A DNA stretch of 64,000 nt from Octopus sinensis. Taxonomy: Eukaryota. The notes beneath the pieces are model-generated. The model saw nothing but the letters and a program-made list of their open reading frames with translations. It ran no database searches and had not been told where the DNA came from. Positions 25,414 through 38,974 of this stretch are shown here, piece by piece. How positions within the stretch are numbered: position 1 is the first letter of the stretch; each line of letters starts with the position of its first letter. The stretch spans positions 6,758,001 through 6,822,000 of the forward strand of contig NC_043018.1 of the NCBI RefSeq assembly GCF_006345805.1. Direction: 5' to 3'. A program made the translations under genes and the position numbers.

Positions 25414-26549
25414 CATCGTTTAATGTCCGCTTTCCATGCTAGCATGGGTTGGACGGTTCAACTGGGGTCTGGGAAGCCAGAAGGCTGCACCAGGCCCAGT
25501 CTGATCTGGCAGTGTTTCTACAGATGGATGCCCTTCCTAATACCAACCACTCCGTGAGTGTAGTGGGTGCTTTTTACGTGCCACCGACACAGGTGCCAGA
25601 CGAGGTTGGCAACGGTCACGATCGGATGGTGCTTTTTACATGCATTAGTGGACTGGCTACATCCCAGGTAGAGGCCACGGGTTATGGTCTCACTTGTCCT
25701 GCCGGGTCTTCTCACGCACAGCATACTTCCAAAAATAATAATCATCATCATCATCAATAACAACAGCTATACCAGCAATAATAAAACCATGATTAAAAAA
25801 TAGCAACATGCAAGAACAACAATAACGACATCAATAACAACAGCAACAACATATCCACAATAAAAACAACAACAAATCCACAATAACAACAGCAACAACA
25901 GAAAATAACAACATAAATGACAACAACAATAACAGCAACAGTAAAAGTGGCAATAAGAACAGGCACAGCAACAACAACAACAATTGTAAGAACAAAGCAA
26001 GAAAACTGCAGTAGGGACAATAACAATAGGGATCTTTTATGTGGTTGCTCAACCTGCTAGAAATAGCAGCCAAATCGTCCCCCAATTCCACAGAATTGAA
26101 TTATGAGATGATATGTTGAGTAACGTGATCCTAAATCCGTTTGCATATAGGTACAAGCTAGGGATGGTCACAGGTGAAATGGCTTTGATCGAAAGTCTTC
26201 TTGATCGGGTGTTGACCCGGGGTTGAATAAGAACAATGGCAGCAATATCAAAAGCAGCAATGTTAAGCATGAAGATTGCCAACAATGGCTGCAGCAACAA
26301 GAACAACAACAACGAAAACAACAACAACGAAAACAACAACAAAACAACAGCAACAATAACAACAACAACAACTGCAGCAGTTGCACCAACAGCACCGATA
26401 GCTGTAGCCTATTTTCTTGCTAGTTCAGTTTGATGCATGTTGGTGTTAGATGCATCGCTGCACAAAAGACTGTGCATCAGATAATCACGTCAGACAAACT
26501 TCACAGTGTATCCTGAAATGGAGTACATGCCAAGCGAAGTTTCCATCAA

Positions 26550-26557
26550 GTGATAAC

Positions 26558-26602
<45 letters not shown>

Positions 26603-26816
26603 GATGATGATAATAATAACAACAATAATAATAACAATAACAACAACAACAATAATAATAACAACAACAACAACAACGATGATGATGATGATAATGATGA
26701 AGATGATGATGATGATGATGATGATGATGATAATAATATTACAGATGCAAGATTCCACGTACAAGGCTCCAGGAGTTCCAACAAAACCTGAGGTACAAAG
26801 AATAATGATAATAATG

Positions 26817-26883
<67 letters not shown>

Positions 26884-27041
26884 TGATAATAATGATAATA
26901 ATAATAATAATAATAATAATATAATGATAATAATATAATAATAATAATAATAACAATGATAATAATAATAATAATGATAATAATAATAATAATAATAATA
27001 ACAATAATAATATAACAATAATAATGATAATAATAATAATG

Positions 27042-27087
<46 letters not shown>

Positions 27088-27089
27088 TA

Positions 27090-27131
<42 letters not shown>

Positions 27132-27135
27132 ATAA
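26550..27135. repeat. (AAT)n/(GAT)n array with a 60-bp unique island
   Basis: Directly visible. Confidence 0.95.
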
Positions 27136-27550
27136 GAAGAATGATTTCTTTTATTGGCCACAAGGGCCCAAGACATGGAGGACAATATCGAAGGATGAGT
27201 TACAGCACACAAAATAACCCACAACGAAACAAGAATTACAAAAAACAGAAAAATATGTGGAGTTCACATGGATGAAGGGGAGATAGAAAGACACAAAAGG
27301 ATTTTACAGAAGATATATAATAGAAAATAGAGAAATAAATAATTAATAAGTAAACAAATAAATAAATAAATAGAATCCCCAGTAGTGGGGCAGTCCACTT
27401 AGAGTTATCCAGGGTAAATCCTACACAAAAATCCTGGATTACTCTGTCATCCCCAAGGCATGGGAAAGTGTCCTCTTCCAGTTTCTTTCCTCCTTCTTAG
27501 TAAAGCATAATAATAATGATGATGATGATGATGATAATAATAATAATAAT

Positions 27551-28110
27551 ATGCCCTGGTGCAGTACCAGGCAGTGGCTCTCATGGCTTCTGATCTTAAC
27601 TGATTAGAAGTGCTATCATGTAGTGTTTTCTCTTGGTATAAAAGATGGTCTACAGCAAATATTCTGCTCAATACCACAGATTTGCTTGTCAGTTGTTTGA
27701 CCATAACCAGTTGACCATGTCCCTTAGTGGCTGACGATATGTGCATCTCTAATCACAAGCAGAAGTAGTGGGGGTGCATCATAGCCATGTGTTGAGAGGG
27801 ATTCTTTGGGGTTTGAATAATTCACCTCTGGAAACATGGGTGGTTCGTTCAACTTCCTTAAACAATCCTTATTCAGGGACCTTTTGAGCGGATGGGTTAC
27901 TCGACCAGAAGAAAATTCTAACTGGGTCCCACCTGTAAGGTCATGCACTGTTTATCTCAATGTGAGATTACCACATCGTGCACACATGGTTCTGATGCAT
28001 ATGCCTGGTGTACCCTTATCAGATAGGTGGTCTTGATGGGTATATTGGGCTTCGTATATTTTACTCCAGTGTCACTTTGATGACATGTGCTGCTTTCTCA
28101 CTCAATAATA
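27551..28110 (+). mobile_element. Family D element, full length, (AAT)n on both flanks
   Basis: Similarity to 12770-13310. Confidence 0.88.
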
Positions 28111-28119
28111 ATGATGATG

Positions 28120-28173
<54 letters not shown>

Positions 28174-28408
28174 TAATAATTATAATAATAATAATCCTTT
28201 GTTCTATAGACACAAGGCCTGAAATTTGAAGGAGAAAAAACTAGTCAATTGCATTGACCCCAGTGTTTCACTGGTACTTAATTTATTGACCCTGAAAGGA
28301 TGAAAGGTAAAGTCAACCTTGGCAGAATCTAAACACAGAAAGAAAAGACAGGCAATATACCGCAAAGCATTTTGCCCAGCATGCTAGCAATTTTGCCAGC
28401 TTTCCACC

Positions 28409-28463
<55 letters not shown>

Positions 28464-29744
28464 TAATAAGCGTTTCTGTTATAGGCACAAAGCCTGAAAT
28501 TTTTGGGGAAGAGACCAGTCAACTGCATCGACCCAAGTGTGTAACTGGTACTTAATTTATTGACCCCAAAAGGATGAAAGGGTAAGTTGACCTTGACAGA
28601 ATTTGAACTCAGCATCTTGTCCAGCATGCTAATGATTCTGCCAGCTCATGGCCTTAATAATAATAAACATAATAATAATGCTGCTGCTGCTGATGATGAT
28701 GATATCTTTTATTTACCACAGGGGCATCAGATGTAAGGGACATTAACAAGGACAGTCTACCATTTGTATATTGGGGACTACATAAAAAAGGAAAGAAAAG
28801 AAAGGGGAAAAAAGTGGGTGAAATGAAATAAAATTATACAAATATATACAAAGAATGATGCCATCCTTCTGATACAGGAAATCCTCCTACTGAGGCCACA
28901 GATCCAAGATTACCCAGACCACCAAAGTCCTAATAATCCTTACTACTATAAGTGTGAAACCTGAAATGTAAACACAAAAGAAATGTGACTAAGCATTTTG
29001 CCTGGAGTGATAACGATTCTACCTGCTCACACCTTAATAATAATATGTACACCAAATTCCTAGCAGCCCCTAAATAAGAGAATTTCAAAAGATCATAATT
29101 TTAGGAAGTGGTTTGTGGACAGATTTTGTCTATCAATGGTTCATATTGCCTTATAATGTGCTTATAGAATAATGAAAATTATGTAATACCATATCATGTG
29201 TAATACATTATGTGCAAATAAAATACCATGCTACAGAAACATTTGTAGCATAAATTGGACCATATCTATTTATCTTCATTTAAAAGGTTTCTTCCACATG
29301 TGACATGTGCTGCTAATATTGTTACAAGATTGCAGAATACCCAACATCATTAAATATTGCATTGATTTCTCTATTGCCTGGTTGATGAACAAGGAACAAT
29401 CATAAATACTCCTATAGAGTATCGAAATAGCCACATACATACTAAAAGCTATGGAGATGATAACCACAAGCATTAATGTCCAAAACAGTTGATACCTTTT
29501 ATCATCCATCTTTCATTAGTTTCGGTCATTGGGCTGTGGCCATGCTGGGGCACTGCCTCGAAGAATTTTTAGTCAAATGAATTGACACTAATGTTTTCGT
29601 TTTATGCATGGTATTTATTCTATCAGCCCTTTTGCCAAACTGCTAGGTTACAGGGATGTAAACTCATCAACACTATTTGTCAAGTGGTGGTGGAAGACAA
29701 ACACAGACACAAAGACACACACTTACATCATATGTGTGTATATA

Positions 29745-29781
<37 letters not shown>

Positions 29782-30599
29782 GAGGAAAAAAGAAGTCAAG
29801 ATAGGAAATGCTAAAATGATTTTATCATGAAAAACATTTTAGTACTGATTTCAATCATTGAGACTTTTTCGACTCTAAGTATGGAAAACAATTAAATTTT
29901 GGAAAAATTAAATGAAAAGTTTTTTAAAAGAATATTTGCATAGAATTCAAATACAAGGGGCAGTTTCCTTGTTTCTGCCTGTCTCTCTTGTTTACTCTTG
30001 TGAGTTCCAGGTTCTTGAGAATTTTTGGTAGAGAGGAGGAGGAGACGAAGAAGAACAACAACAACAACAATAACAACAACAACAACAACAACAAGAATGT
30101 GGGAGTAGTATGATAGTAGACAGATGTTAAAGGGTCAAGTGCCATAAAAGTGACTTGTTGTGGATTGTAGTAGTGATTTAATTCTTGAGACATCTCTTTT
30201 GAATGTATTGTTTTTAATATTTGCATAGGTGTTATTCTAAACAGCAGCAGTAAAGTAAGGAAGGAGATGGTGGAGAGGAAGAAGAAGACAAAGAAGATGA
30301 AGAGAAAGAAGAATAATAAAATGCGGGAGTGGTATGATAGTAGTAGGACGTTAAATGGTCAAGTGACCTAAAAGTGACTTGTCGTGGATTATAGTAATGA
30401 TTGGGACTGTTTTTAATGAATTCTTAGGTATCTCTTTTGAATGTATATATATATTACAATATATGTAAACAAAGTTTGCTTTTTCAAAAGCATTGAGATA
30501 TATTGAAATATACTGATATGGAAATAATTTATTCTCATGTGCAGAATAATGCTGAACAGCATGTAGAGGATAGATTATACTTATATTACAGAAAAATAT

Positions 30600-30680
30600 G
30601 TCAGCGGCCAGCCATGACTCAAACTCACATTTCTGCAATTACCAGTCAAGTGCTTTACCATTTAACTAAACTGCCCACTG
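30600..30680 (-). pseudogene. Degenerate tRNA-like sequence or SINE head
   Basis: Minus strand TAGTTAAATGGTAAAGCA (D-arm/A-box-like), CTGGTAA loop, GAGTTTGAGTC (B-box-like); stems poorly paired. Confidence 0.4.
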
Positions 30681-31293
30681 ACAAATTTTTCTGCAATTTT
30701 TGAAATTCAAATTACTATATATGTAATTGAGAGATTTAGAAATAATAATAATAATAGTAATAACAACAACAACAACAACAATAATAATAATAATAAAAAA
30801 AATGATAATAATATATACATATATATTCTTTTATTGTTTTACTTGTTTCAGTCATTTGACTGCAGCCATGCTGGAGCACCGCTTTAGTCGGACATATCAA
30901 CCCCAGGACTTAGTCTTTGTAAGCCTAATACTAATTGTATTGGTTTCTTTTGCCAAATCGCTAAGTTACAGGGATGTAAACACACCAACATTGGTTGTCA
31001 AGTGAAGGTGGGGGGACAAACACAAACCACACACATACACACGCACACACACATATATATATATATATATAATTAATGTAGGATAAGATTTTTTTCAAAA
31101 GAAAAAAATTTTATTAATGGCCAGCATATCAAAACATACCTTTAAAGGTTAAATTTATAAATAATTTACAAGATAAGGGCAAAAGAAAAATTCTGATGCC
31201 AAATATGCCGAAAAAAAAGACAAAATTGTCAATAACCATTATAATTTATGCGTCTCGAAACATACCGATAGAAATTTCTAAAAAATTCCGTTA

Positions 31294-31354
31294 TAACCGT
31301 ATTGGTCCCAATTTCGGGGTTAATTCATCATTATTTTCCCCTCGTCAGCGATTA
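31294..31354 (-). ncRNA. Type I hammerhead ribozyme motif (left arm)
   Basis: Minus strand reads TAATCG-CTGACGA-GGGG(18-nt loop)CCCC-GAAA-TTGG ga CCAA-TA-CGGTTA. Confidence 0.8.
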
Positions 31355-31376
31355 ATACATAAGACGTCTTATGTAT

Positions 31377-31436
31377 TAATCGCTGACGAGGGGAAAATCT
31401 TATGAATTAACCCCGAAATTGGGACCAATACGGTTA
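31377..31436 (+). ncRNA. Type I hammerhead ribozyme motif (right arm)
   Basis: TAATCG-CTGACGA(31383-89)-GGGG(17-nt loop)CCCC-GAAA(31415-18)-TTGG ga CCAA-TA-CGGTTA; predicted cut after A31430. Confidence 0.8.
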
Positions 31437-32033
31437 TAACGGAATTTTTTAGAAATTTCTATCGGCATGTTTCGAGACACATAAATTATAATGGTTATTG
31501 ACAATTTTGTCTTTTTTTCGGCATATTTGGCATCAGAATTTTTCTCTTGACCTTATTTTATAAGTTATATATATATATATATGACTGGCTTCTTTCAGTT
31601 TCCATGTACCAAATCCACTCACAAGATTTTGGTCAGCCTAAGGCTATAGTAGAAAATACTAGCCCAAGGTGCCAAGCAGTGGGACTGAAACCGGGGCAAC
31701 GTGGTTGGTAAGCAAGCTACTTACAACACAGCCAGACCTACACCTATACATGTATATCTATATATGTGTATAGATATAGAAGTGCTAAGAAATGTTTTAT
31801 AGCAAATTGTATAACTTATATATACAATCATAGCTGTGTATTTGTGCGTGTGAGTGTGTGTGTATATGTATGTATATGTGTATATATTTGTGTGTTGTGC
31901 ATGTGAGTGTTCTTATGTATTTACATGCATGTATGTATATATGTGTGTGCGTATGTATGTATGTGTTTGTATGTATGTATGTATGTATGTGCGTGTATGT
32001 GTGTGTGTATATATATATATGTATGCATGTATG

Positions 32034-32071
<38 letters not shown>

Positions 32072-32645
32072 GCGTTAGAAAGGGCATCTAGCCGTAGAAA
32101 CACTGCCAGATTTGACTGGGCCTGATGAAGCCTTCTGGCTTCACAGACCCCAGTAGAACCGTCCAACCCATGCTAGCATGGAAAACGGACGCTAAACGAT
32201 GATGATGATGATGATGATATATATATATATATATATACATGTCATGTGTGCGTGTGTGTGTATGTGTTTGTTCAAACATGTTACACTTCACTGCACAGCA
32301 ATTGCTAAACCTGTCAACAGCAGCATCTTGCCAATATATGGATATACAAATGTACATGTGTGTGTGTGTGTGTGTGTGTATAAAATATTCATGTAATTTG
32401 AATTTGATCAATGAAGAGGAATCAGTCAATCGTGTCCGTGTCTCAAAGTGACCATGACATTGTTTATTATTGAGACAACGAATATGTTGAATGGGCAAAG
32501 ACATATTTTATTACTGTATGAACGCTGGAAATTAAATATTTACAATTAGAAATATATATAGACGTATATACACACACTCACAAATGCATATCACTACATA
32601 CACGTTTATATATATAGATGTACACAAACACTCGCACGTGTATAC

Positions 32646-32751
<106 letters not shown>

Positions 32752-33465
32752 TATAATGATGATCGTCATTTAATATCTGCTTTCCATGCTGGCATGAGTT
32801 GAACAGTTTTGACAGGAGCTGGCAAGCTACAAGCCTGCATTAAGCTTCAACCATTTGGTTTGGTTTGGTATGGTTCCTATGACTGGATGTCCTTCCTAAC
32901 GCCAACCACTTTACAAAGCAGACTGGGTGCTTTTTATGTGGTACCAGCATTCATAAGGTCTACTTTAACATGGTTTTTATGACTGGATGCCTTTCCTCAT
33001 GCCAACCACTTTACAGAGTGGACAGGGTGCATTTTATGTAGCAACAGCACTGGTGAGGTCACTGAGTAACCCGCAGGCCCAAACCCTCAAATGAATAGAG
33101 ACCAGCATTGAAGGAGATGGCTTTATGTCAGGTGATGATAGCGGTTGGCATTAGGAAGGGCATCCAGCTGTAGAAAATACACCAAAGCAGAGAGTTCAGG
33201 CTGGTGCAGTCTTCTGGTCAGCTAGCTCCTCTGAAATTCTCCAACCCATGCCAGTATCAAAAGTGGATGTTAAATGATAATGGTTATGTTGATGCGTCTA
33301 TCTATCCAATCTACATCTACATCCACTGGCACAAGAAAGAAATTTGGTTATGGGTCTGTAAACCCAGGTCCAAAACAGTTTTTCCAATACTATGGCCTAC
33401 TATAGCCTCGGGCCTACCAAACTCTTGTGAATGGATTTAATAGACAGAAACTGAAAGAAGTCTGT

Positions 33466-33496
<31 letters not shown>

Positions 33497-33836
33497 AAGT
33501 ATCCTGTGAATTTGTCTACAACAATTCATCTACAACCACACACACACAAACACATACATATATACACAGATAAATTGCTGTAGAAGAATTCCCCTAGAAC
33601 TGTGCACCCAGTCAACATATACACACTGAACTTATTTATTCAGTCAACAACCACACAGTTTGTCTTTTGTCAATCTCCTTAGTCAATGTCTACATATTGT
33701 ATCTATCTATCCAGGGAATACAAACACACTTTATCTATATCCAGTACCTATCTATTTATCTGTCTGTCTGTCTATCTTTTTATCTATATATATATCTATC
33801 TTTTCATTTAGCAGTCTATCTATCTATCTCTCCCTC

Positions 33837-33898
<62 letters not shown>

Positions 33899-34319
33899 CA
33901 TCTATCTGTCTGTCTGTCTGTCTGTCTGTTTGTTTATTTACCTATCTATTTCTCTCTCTCACTCTTTCTCTCTCACTCTCTCTGTATATATAATGTGTAT
34001 ATCTATCTATCTATATATATATATATACGCGCACACATATATCCAGTCAACACTGACATACTTTATCTATCTATATCCATTTAAGCATTTTCCCACCCTA
34101 TCCATCCGCCTCTCCCTCTCCCTATCTCTCCAATCAACCAGTCCGACATCTCATCTACACACCGCAACAAACTCAATTTAATTTAGATCCGACACCAAAC
34201 ACCACAGTCGGCTATATACGTTACAGTCTAACAAAGACGACTTCCTGCTCTCTTCACTATTTACAGAATCAGTTCTGTGATAAATATAGAACGTATCCTA
34301 GAGACTCTTTCTACCTTAC

Positions 34320-34424
34320 CTTCTTCATCTGGCTGCGAAGTTTGGAAAGAATACTACAAGTCATTTGTCTCTCATGGCAACTGTTACTGCTAAGATACTC
34401 TGCTAGAAGCAGCTGCACAAGATC
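34320..34424 (-). CDS. Internal coding exon of a HEAT-repeat protein, HEATR4-like
   Basis: Acceptor ttttcaatttctctgcag and donor G|gtaagg; 105 nt, phase 0-0, open: DLVQLLLAEYLSSNSCHERQMTCSILSKLRSQMKK. The LV..LLAE.L.S......C..L pattern is recalled from HEATR4 and is unverified. Confidence 0.72.
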
Positions 34425-34798
34425 CTGCAGAGAAATTGAAAATAGTTGAAGTTGCACATTAATAATGACATAGAAGAATTCTTCAGTGTTTGCATTTTCT
34501 TACTTTATTATATTTCAAGTTTCTATATTTCAAGTTTTGTTATTCTTGGCTTCCATTCTGTTACATGGTAATGTTGTCATTTATTACCAAACATACAGAT
34601 TTAATTGTGAATATTTTCTACGAAGTTGCTAAAAACGAAAGAAAAAAACTACAACAAAAGCATAAAACAACTGATACAAAATGGTTAAAGGAATAATAAC
34701 ACTGGTCAGTTAAGGTAGTGTCCATTCTGGTCTTTCTTGACAAAATTCTTGATCTTAAAAGCTGCTACTGACTTCAGTGAATAGCAGGAATAAACACC

Positions 34799-35212
34799 TA
34801 TTTCTTTACTACCCACAAGGGGCTAAACACAGAGGGGACAAACAAGGACAGACAAACGGATTAAGTCGATTATATTGACCCCAGTGCGTAACTGGTACTT
34901 ATTTAATCAACCCCGAAAGGATGAAAGGCTAAGTCAACCTTGGTGGAATTTGAATTCAGAACGTAACGGCAGACGAAATACCTATTTCTTTTACTACCCA
35001 CAAGGGGCTAAACACAGAGGGGACAAACAAGGACAGACAAATGGATTAAGTCGATTATATCGATCCCAGTGCATAACTGGTACTTATTTAATCAACCCTG
35101 AAAAGATGAAAGGCAAAGTTGACCTCGGTGGAATTTGAACTCAGAACGTGGCGGCAGATGAAATACTGCTAAGCATTTTGCCCGGCGTGCTAACGTTTCT
35201 GCCAGCTCGCCG
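34799..35212 (-). mobile_element. SINE B dimer with 13-bp TSD
   Basis: AGGAATRAACACC flanks both sides; internal junction at ~34982. Confidence 0.88.
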
Positions 35213-35752
35213 AAGGAATGAACACCATCATCTCTATCTTGAAAAAGAACAACAGGTACTGACTAGTTTCTCGGAAACATAAAGAATGTACTGGATACCA
35301 TTTTCTGAGCAATACCTCCAAGAATGTGGTGAAGGAGTTATTGGCGCTTGCTTGATTATAGGAGTTTTATTCAATCATGGTTGAGCTGGAGTGAAGCAAC
35401 AACAACACCCCGACCTCCTACGCAACCACTGAGCCTGGATGCACATTCATCCATCCGTCGATGCTCTCGGTGTCGGGGGTTGACCTGTTTTTTCTTCTGC
35501 GGGTCTTACGAATAGCAAAGGACCACGTTTCGGACTTCTCCTACTACATCTGGGAGGAAGACCCCTTCGCTCAACAGCAACAGCAACAATAACAACAACT
35601 ACAGTAACAATGTCAACAACAATTACAACCACAAGCAGTCCCCTGACTCTCAGGTGAAACTTGCTGTAGATTAATATCTTCTTCAGAGTGGTCGATTTGT
35701 TTCTCAATTAAACACCTGACTTACCTGTCATCCATTTCAACACTAGGCTTAA

Positions 35753-35957
35753 CCATTTAGCATTCAGATTATTCTGTCAAATGTTAAGCATATCTATTTA
35801 CATTGCTTTGAATCAAACATGCATAATGTCAAAGCTTCAAGATTTCACTGATGTGAATGACATTGTAGGATATGTTGAGAGGCCAGATCAAGTTTGTTTC
35901 AACATTAAACAGATAAAATATTTGGGACAGATGTGGCCTGATTAAAATGCTAAAAGG
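35753..35957. mobile_element. piggyBac-type (TTAA) MITE
   Basis: TTAA|CCATTTAGCATT...AATGCTAAAAGG|TTAA; inverted relative of 6723-7331. Confidence 0.78.
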
Positions 35958-36844
35958 TTAATCCTGCATTATCTTGAAGCTTTGAGATTTCAATGATGTG
36001 ATTAATAATTAAGTCCCACATGGTAACATTGGGCCTAAAACTACATGTTTAAGGTGATTTTGACATGCCACTGGCATAGGAGCCAGTCAGGTGATACATG
36101 AGTATATGTGTGTATGTATGCATGCATGTGTGTGTTTGTGTGTGTGTATCCTTGTCTTGACATCACGTGAAGGGTGTAAATGAGCCTCATTGTCCTACAA
36201 GGGAGGTTGTTTGTTTCCAGTCTTCTGTGAAAAAACATGCCTGGGCAAAAAGGTTAGGGTTACTTTACTTGGGAACAGATGAAGGTTGGCAACAGGGAGA
36301 GCATCTGACTCTAGAAAAATCTGCTTCAACAGATTCCATTTGATTTTTGTAAGCATGAGAAAAGTGGGCATTAGATGATGATGATGATGATGACAAACAC
36401 AACAAGCACACACAGACTCACACACACATATGTATATGCATATACAATAGGTTTCATTCAGTTTCTGTCAACCACAGCCACTCACAAGCTTTTGTTCAGA
36501 TCAGGGCTATAGTATAAGACCCTTGGCCAAGATGCCATATGGTGGGATGGAACCCAAGAGCCCATGGTTGAGAAGCAAGATTTGTAATCCCACAGACATG
36601 CCAGTTGTAACTGTGAAACAAGACCTCTTAAGACTCAGGCAGAAGCATTAACATGTTGTACAAAATGCTTAGAAGCATTTCATCCATTTTTCAGTTCTGA
36701 GTTCAAATTCTGCAACGGTCAACTTTGCCTTTCAGCCTTTCAGGGCCAGTAACTTATGTGCTAGTTGAGTACTGGGGTCAATGTAATCAACTAGTCCCCT
36801 CCTCCAAAATTTTTAGCCTTATTCTTACAGTAGAAAAAAATTAT

Positions 36845-36879
<35 letters not shown>

Positions 36880-36911
36880 TTATTATTATTACTATAAGAA
36901 TAATAATAATA

Positions 36912-36954
<43 letters not shown>

Positions 36955-36974
36955 TATTACTATTATTATTATAA

Positions 36975-37268
36975 GAGCCATTCTGAGGTTACACCTGTGA
37001 TTTACAAAGGTATTACAAAAGGTAAAAGGGGCTCTCAACCCCCCTATTTGACCAGGCTCCCGTTGGCTTTTATGGGTTTTTCCACCAGGAACCTTTCGTA
37101 ATGCCTCCCCCTATTGGGAGTTTTCTGTTGTTATAATTTTTTGTTGTTACACTGTTTTTATACAGTTTTTTTACAAATGGACAAAACCCTTTGTAACTTT
37201 CGTCCTGTGTTTTGTCCCTTTATGTGATAATTGATTTTTGTCAGCCCTTGTGGCCAGTAAAAGAAGAA
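36975..37268 (+). mobile_element. Tx1/L1-like 3' UTR fragment between (ATT)n arrays
   Basis: Ends GCCCTTGTGGCCAGTAAAAGAAG, similar to the 3' end at 52538. Relatives near 13343, 27143 and 28705 (minus strand). Confidence 0.55.
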
Positions 37269-37284
37269 TTATTATTATTATTAT

Positions 37285-37827
37285 CGCATGAGAGAACAGT
37301 GCATGCCATCAAAGTAACACTGGGGTACTGATATATGAAGCCAAATATACCCATCATGTCTACCCATCTGATAAGGGCATACCAGGCACATACATCACAA
37401 CCATATGTGCGCGACATGGTGATCTCAAATCAGGATTAACAGCATATGACCTTGCAGGTGGAGGTCCAATTAGAATTTTCTTCAGACTGAGTAGCTCATC
37501 CTGCTCAAAAGGTCCCTGAATAAAGATTGCTTAAGGATGTTGAATAAAACAACCATGTTTCCAGGGTGTGAATTATCAAAACCCCAATGATTTCCTCTCA
37601 ACACATGGTTATGACACTCCCCGACTATTTCTACTTATGATCAGAGATGCACATACCATCAGCCACCAAGGTCAGGGTCAAACAACTGACAAGCAAATCT
37701 GTAACACTGAGCAGAATATTTGCTGTAACCCATCTTTTATACCAAGACAAAACAATGTACATGATAACACTTCCAATCAATTAAGATCAGAAGCCATGAG
37801 AACCACAGCCTTGTACTGCATTGGGGC

Positions 37828-37829
<2 letters not shown>
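37285..37829 (-). mobile_element. Family D element, full length, (ATT)n on both flanks
   Basis: Reverse complement of 27551-28110. Confidence 0.88.
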
Positions 37830-37885
<56 letters not shown>

Positions 37886-38000
37886 ATTATTATCATTATT
37901 ATTATTAATATTATTATTATTATCATTATTATTATTATTATTATCAATATTATTATTATCATTATTATTATTATTATTATCAATATTATTATTATTATTA

Positions 38001-38034
<34 letters not shown>

Positions 38035-38054
38035 CATTATCATCATTATTATTA

Positions 38055-38107
<53 letters not shown>

Positions 38108-38267
38108 ATTATTATCATTATTATTATTAATATTATTATTATTATCATTATTATTATTATTATTATCAATATCATTATTATTATCATTATTATTATTATT
38201 ATCAATATTATTATTATTATTATTATCATTATTAATATTATTATTATCATTATCATCATTATTATTA

Positions 38268-38307
<40 letters not shown>

Positions 38308-38320
38308 CATCATTATTATA
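37830..38320. repeat. Long imperfect (ATT)n array
   Basis: Directly visible. Confidence 0.97.
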
Positions 38321-38974
38321 ACAGTCTTAAGCTCATTAAAATTTTCATGACCTTCTCAGTCCCACATCTTCTGAACGAAATTATAACCTAGGCTGTGAGT
38401 TATATTCCACATTTAATAATGATAATAGCAAGTGATAATAGGAATGATGTAACTGATAAAACTGTTATCAATAGATTTTAATATTATTTAATGATTGATT
38501 CTTGCAAACTTTTATACTTCAGCTCATGCATGCTTTATCTTCGTCTGTTGATTTTCGGTTTGTATTTGGCAATTAATAAAGCTTTCAAAACTTCATTTTC
38601 CAGTTTTATTGTGGAATCTTATATCAAAAACAAAAAAGTAAAAAAAAAAAAAATAGTTGTATTCTCAATAAAGATTTTATCAACTAATCGAGTTTTGTTT
38701 CATGTTTCTCTGTTATGATGTGTTTTGATCTTTTAACTTTTGATTATTTCGGTCATTAGAACGTAGCCAAACAGGACTAGTTGATTACAGCGCCCCCAAT
38801 GCTTCATTGGTACTTAGTTTATTGACCCTGAAACGGGTGAAAGTCAAATTCAACCTTGGTGGAATCTGAACTCAGAACACAGCAATGGCTGAAGTACCGC
38901 CAACCATTTTGTCCAGTGGCAAATTCTATATAAATATGATTTACCTAACTCATTAATTTAATCACAAATCATAA

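Larger units (their letters stand above)
31070..31568. mobile_element. Penelope-like pLTR relic forming a ~410-bp spacer-less palindrome, inserted in the internal (TA)n of a SINE A copy
   Basis: Arms ~31160-31365 and 31366-31568 around AAGAC|GTCTT; SINE halves at 30825-31030 and 31583-31745. Confidence 0.8.

Noticed and set aside
29276-29509. 77-aa ORF with a hydrophobic stretch
   Set aside because: Starts immediately after a SINE tail in AT-rich DNA, with no splice or homology support.
35724-35748. Perfect minus-strand donor CAG|GTAAGT
   Set aside because: Only ~20 nt precede it before a MITE; no credible exon.
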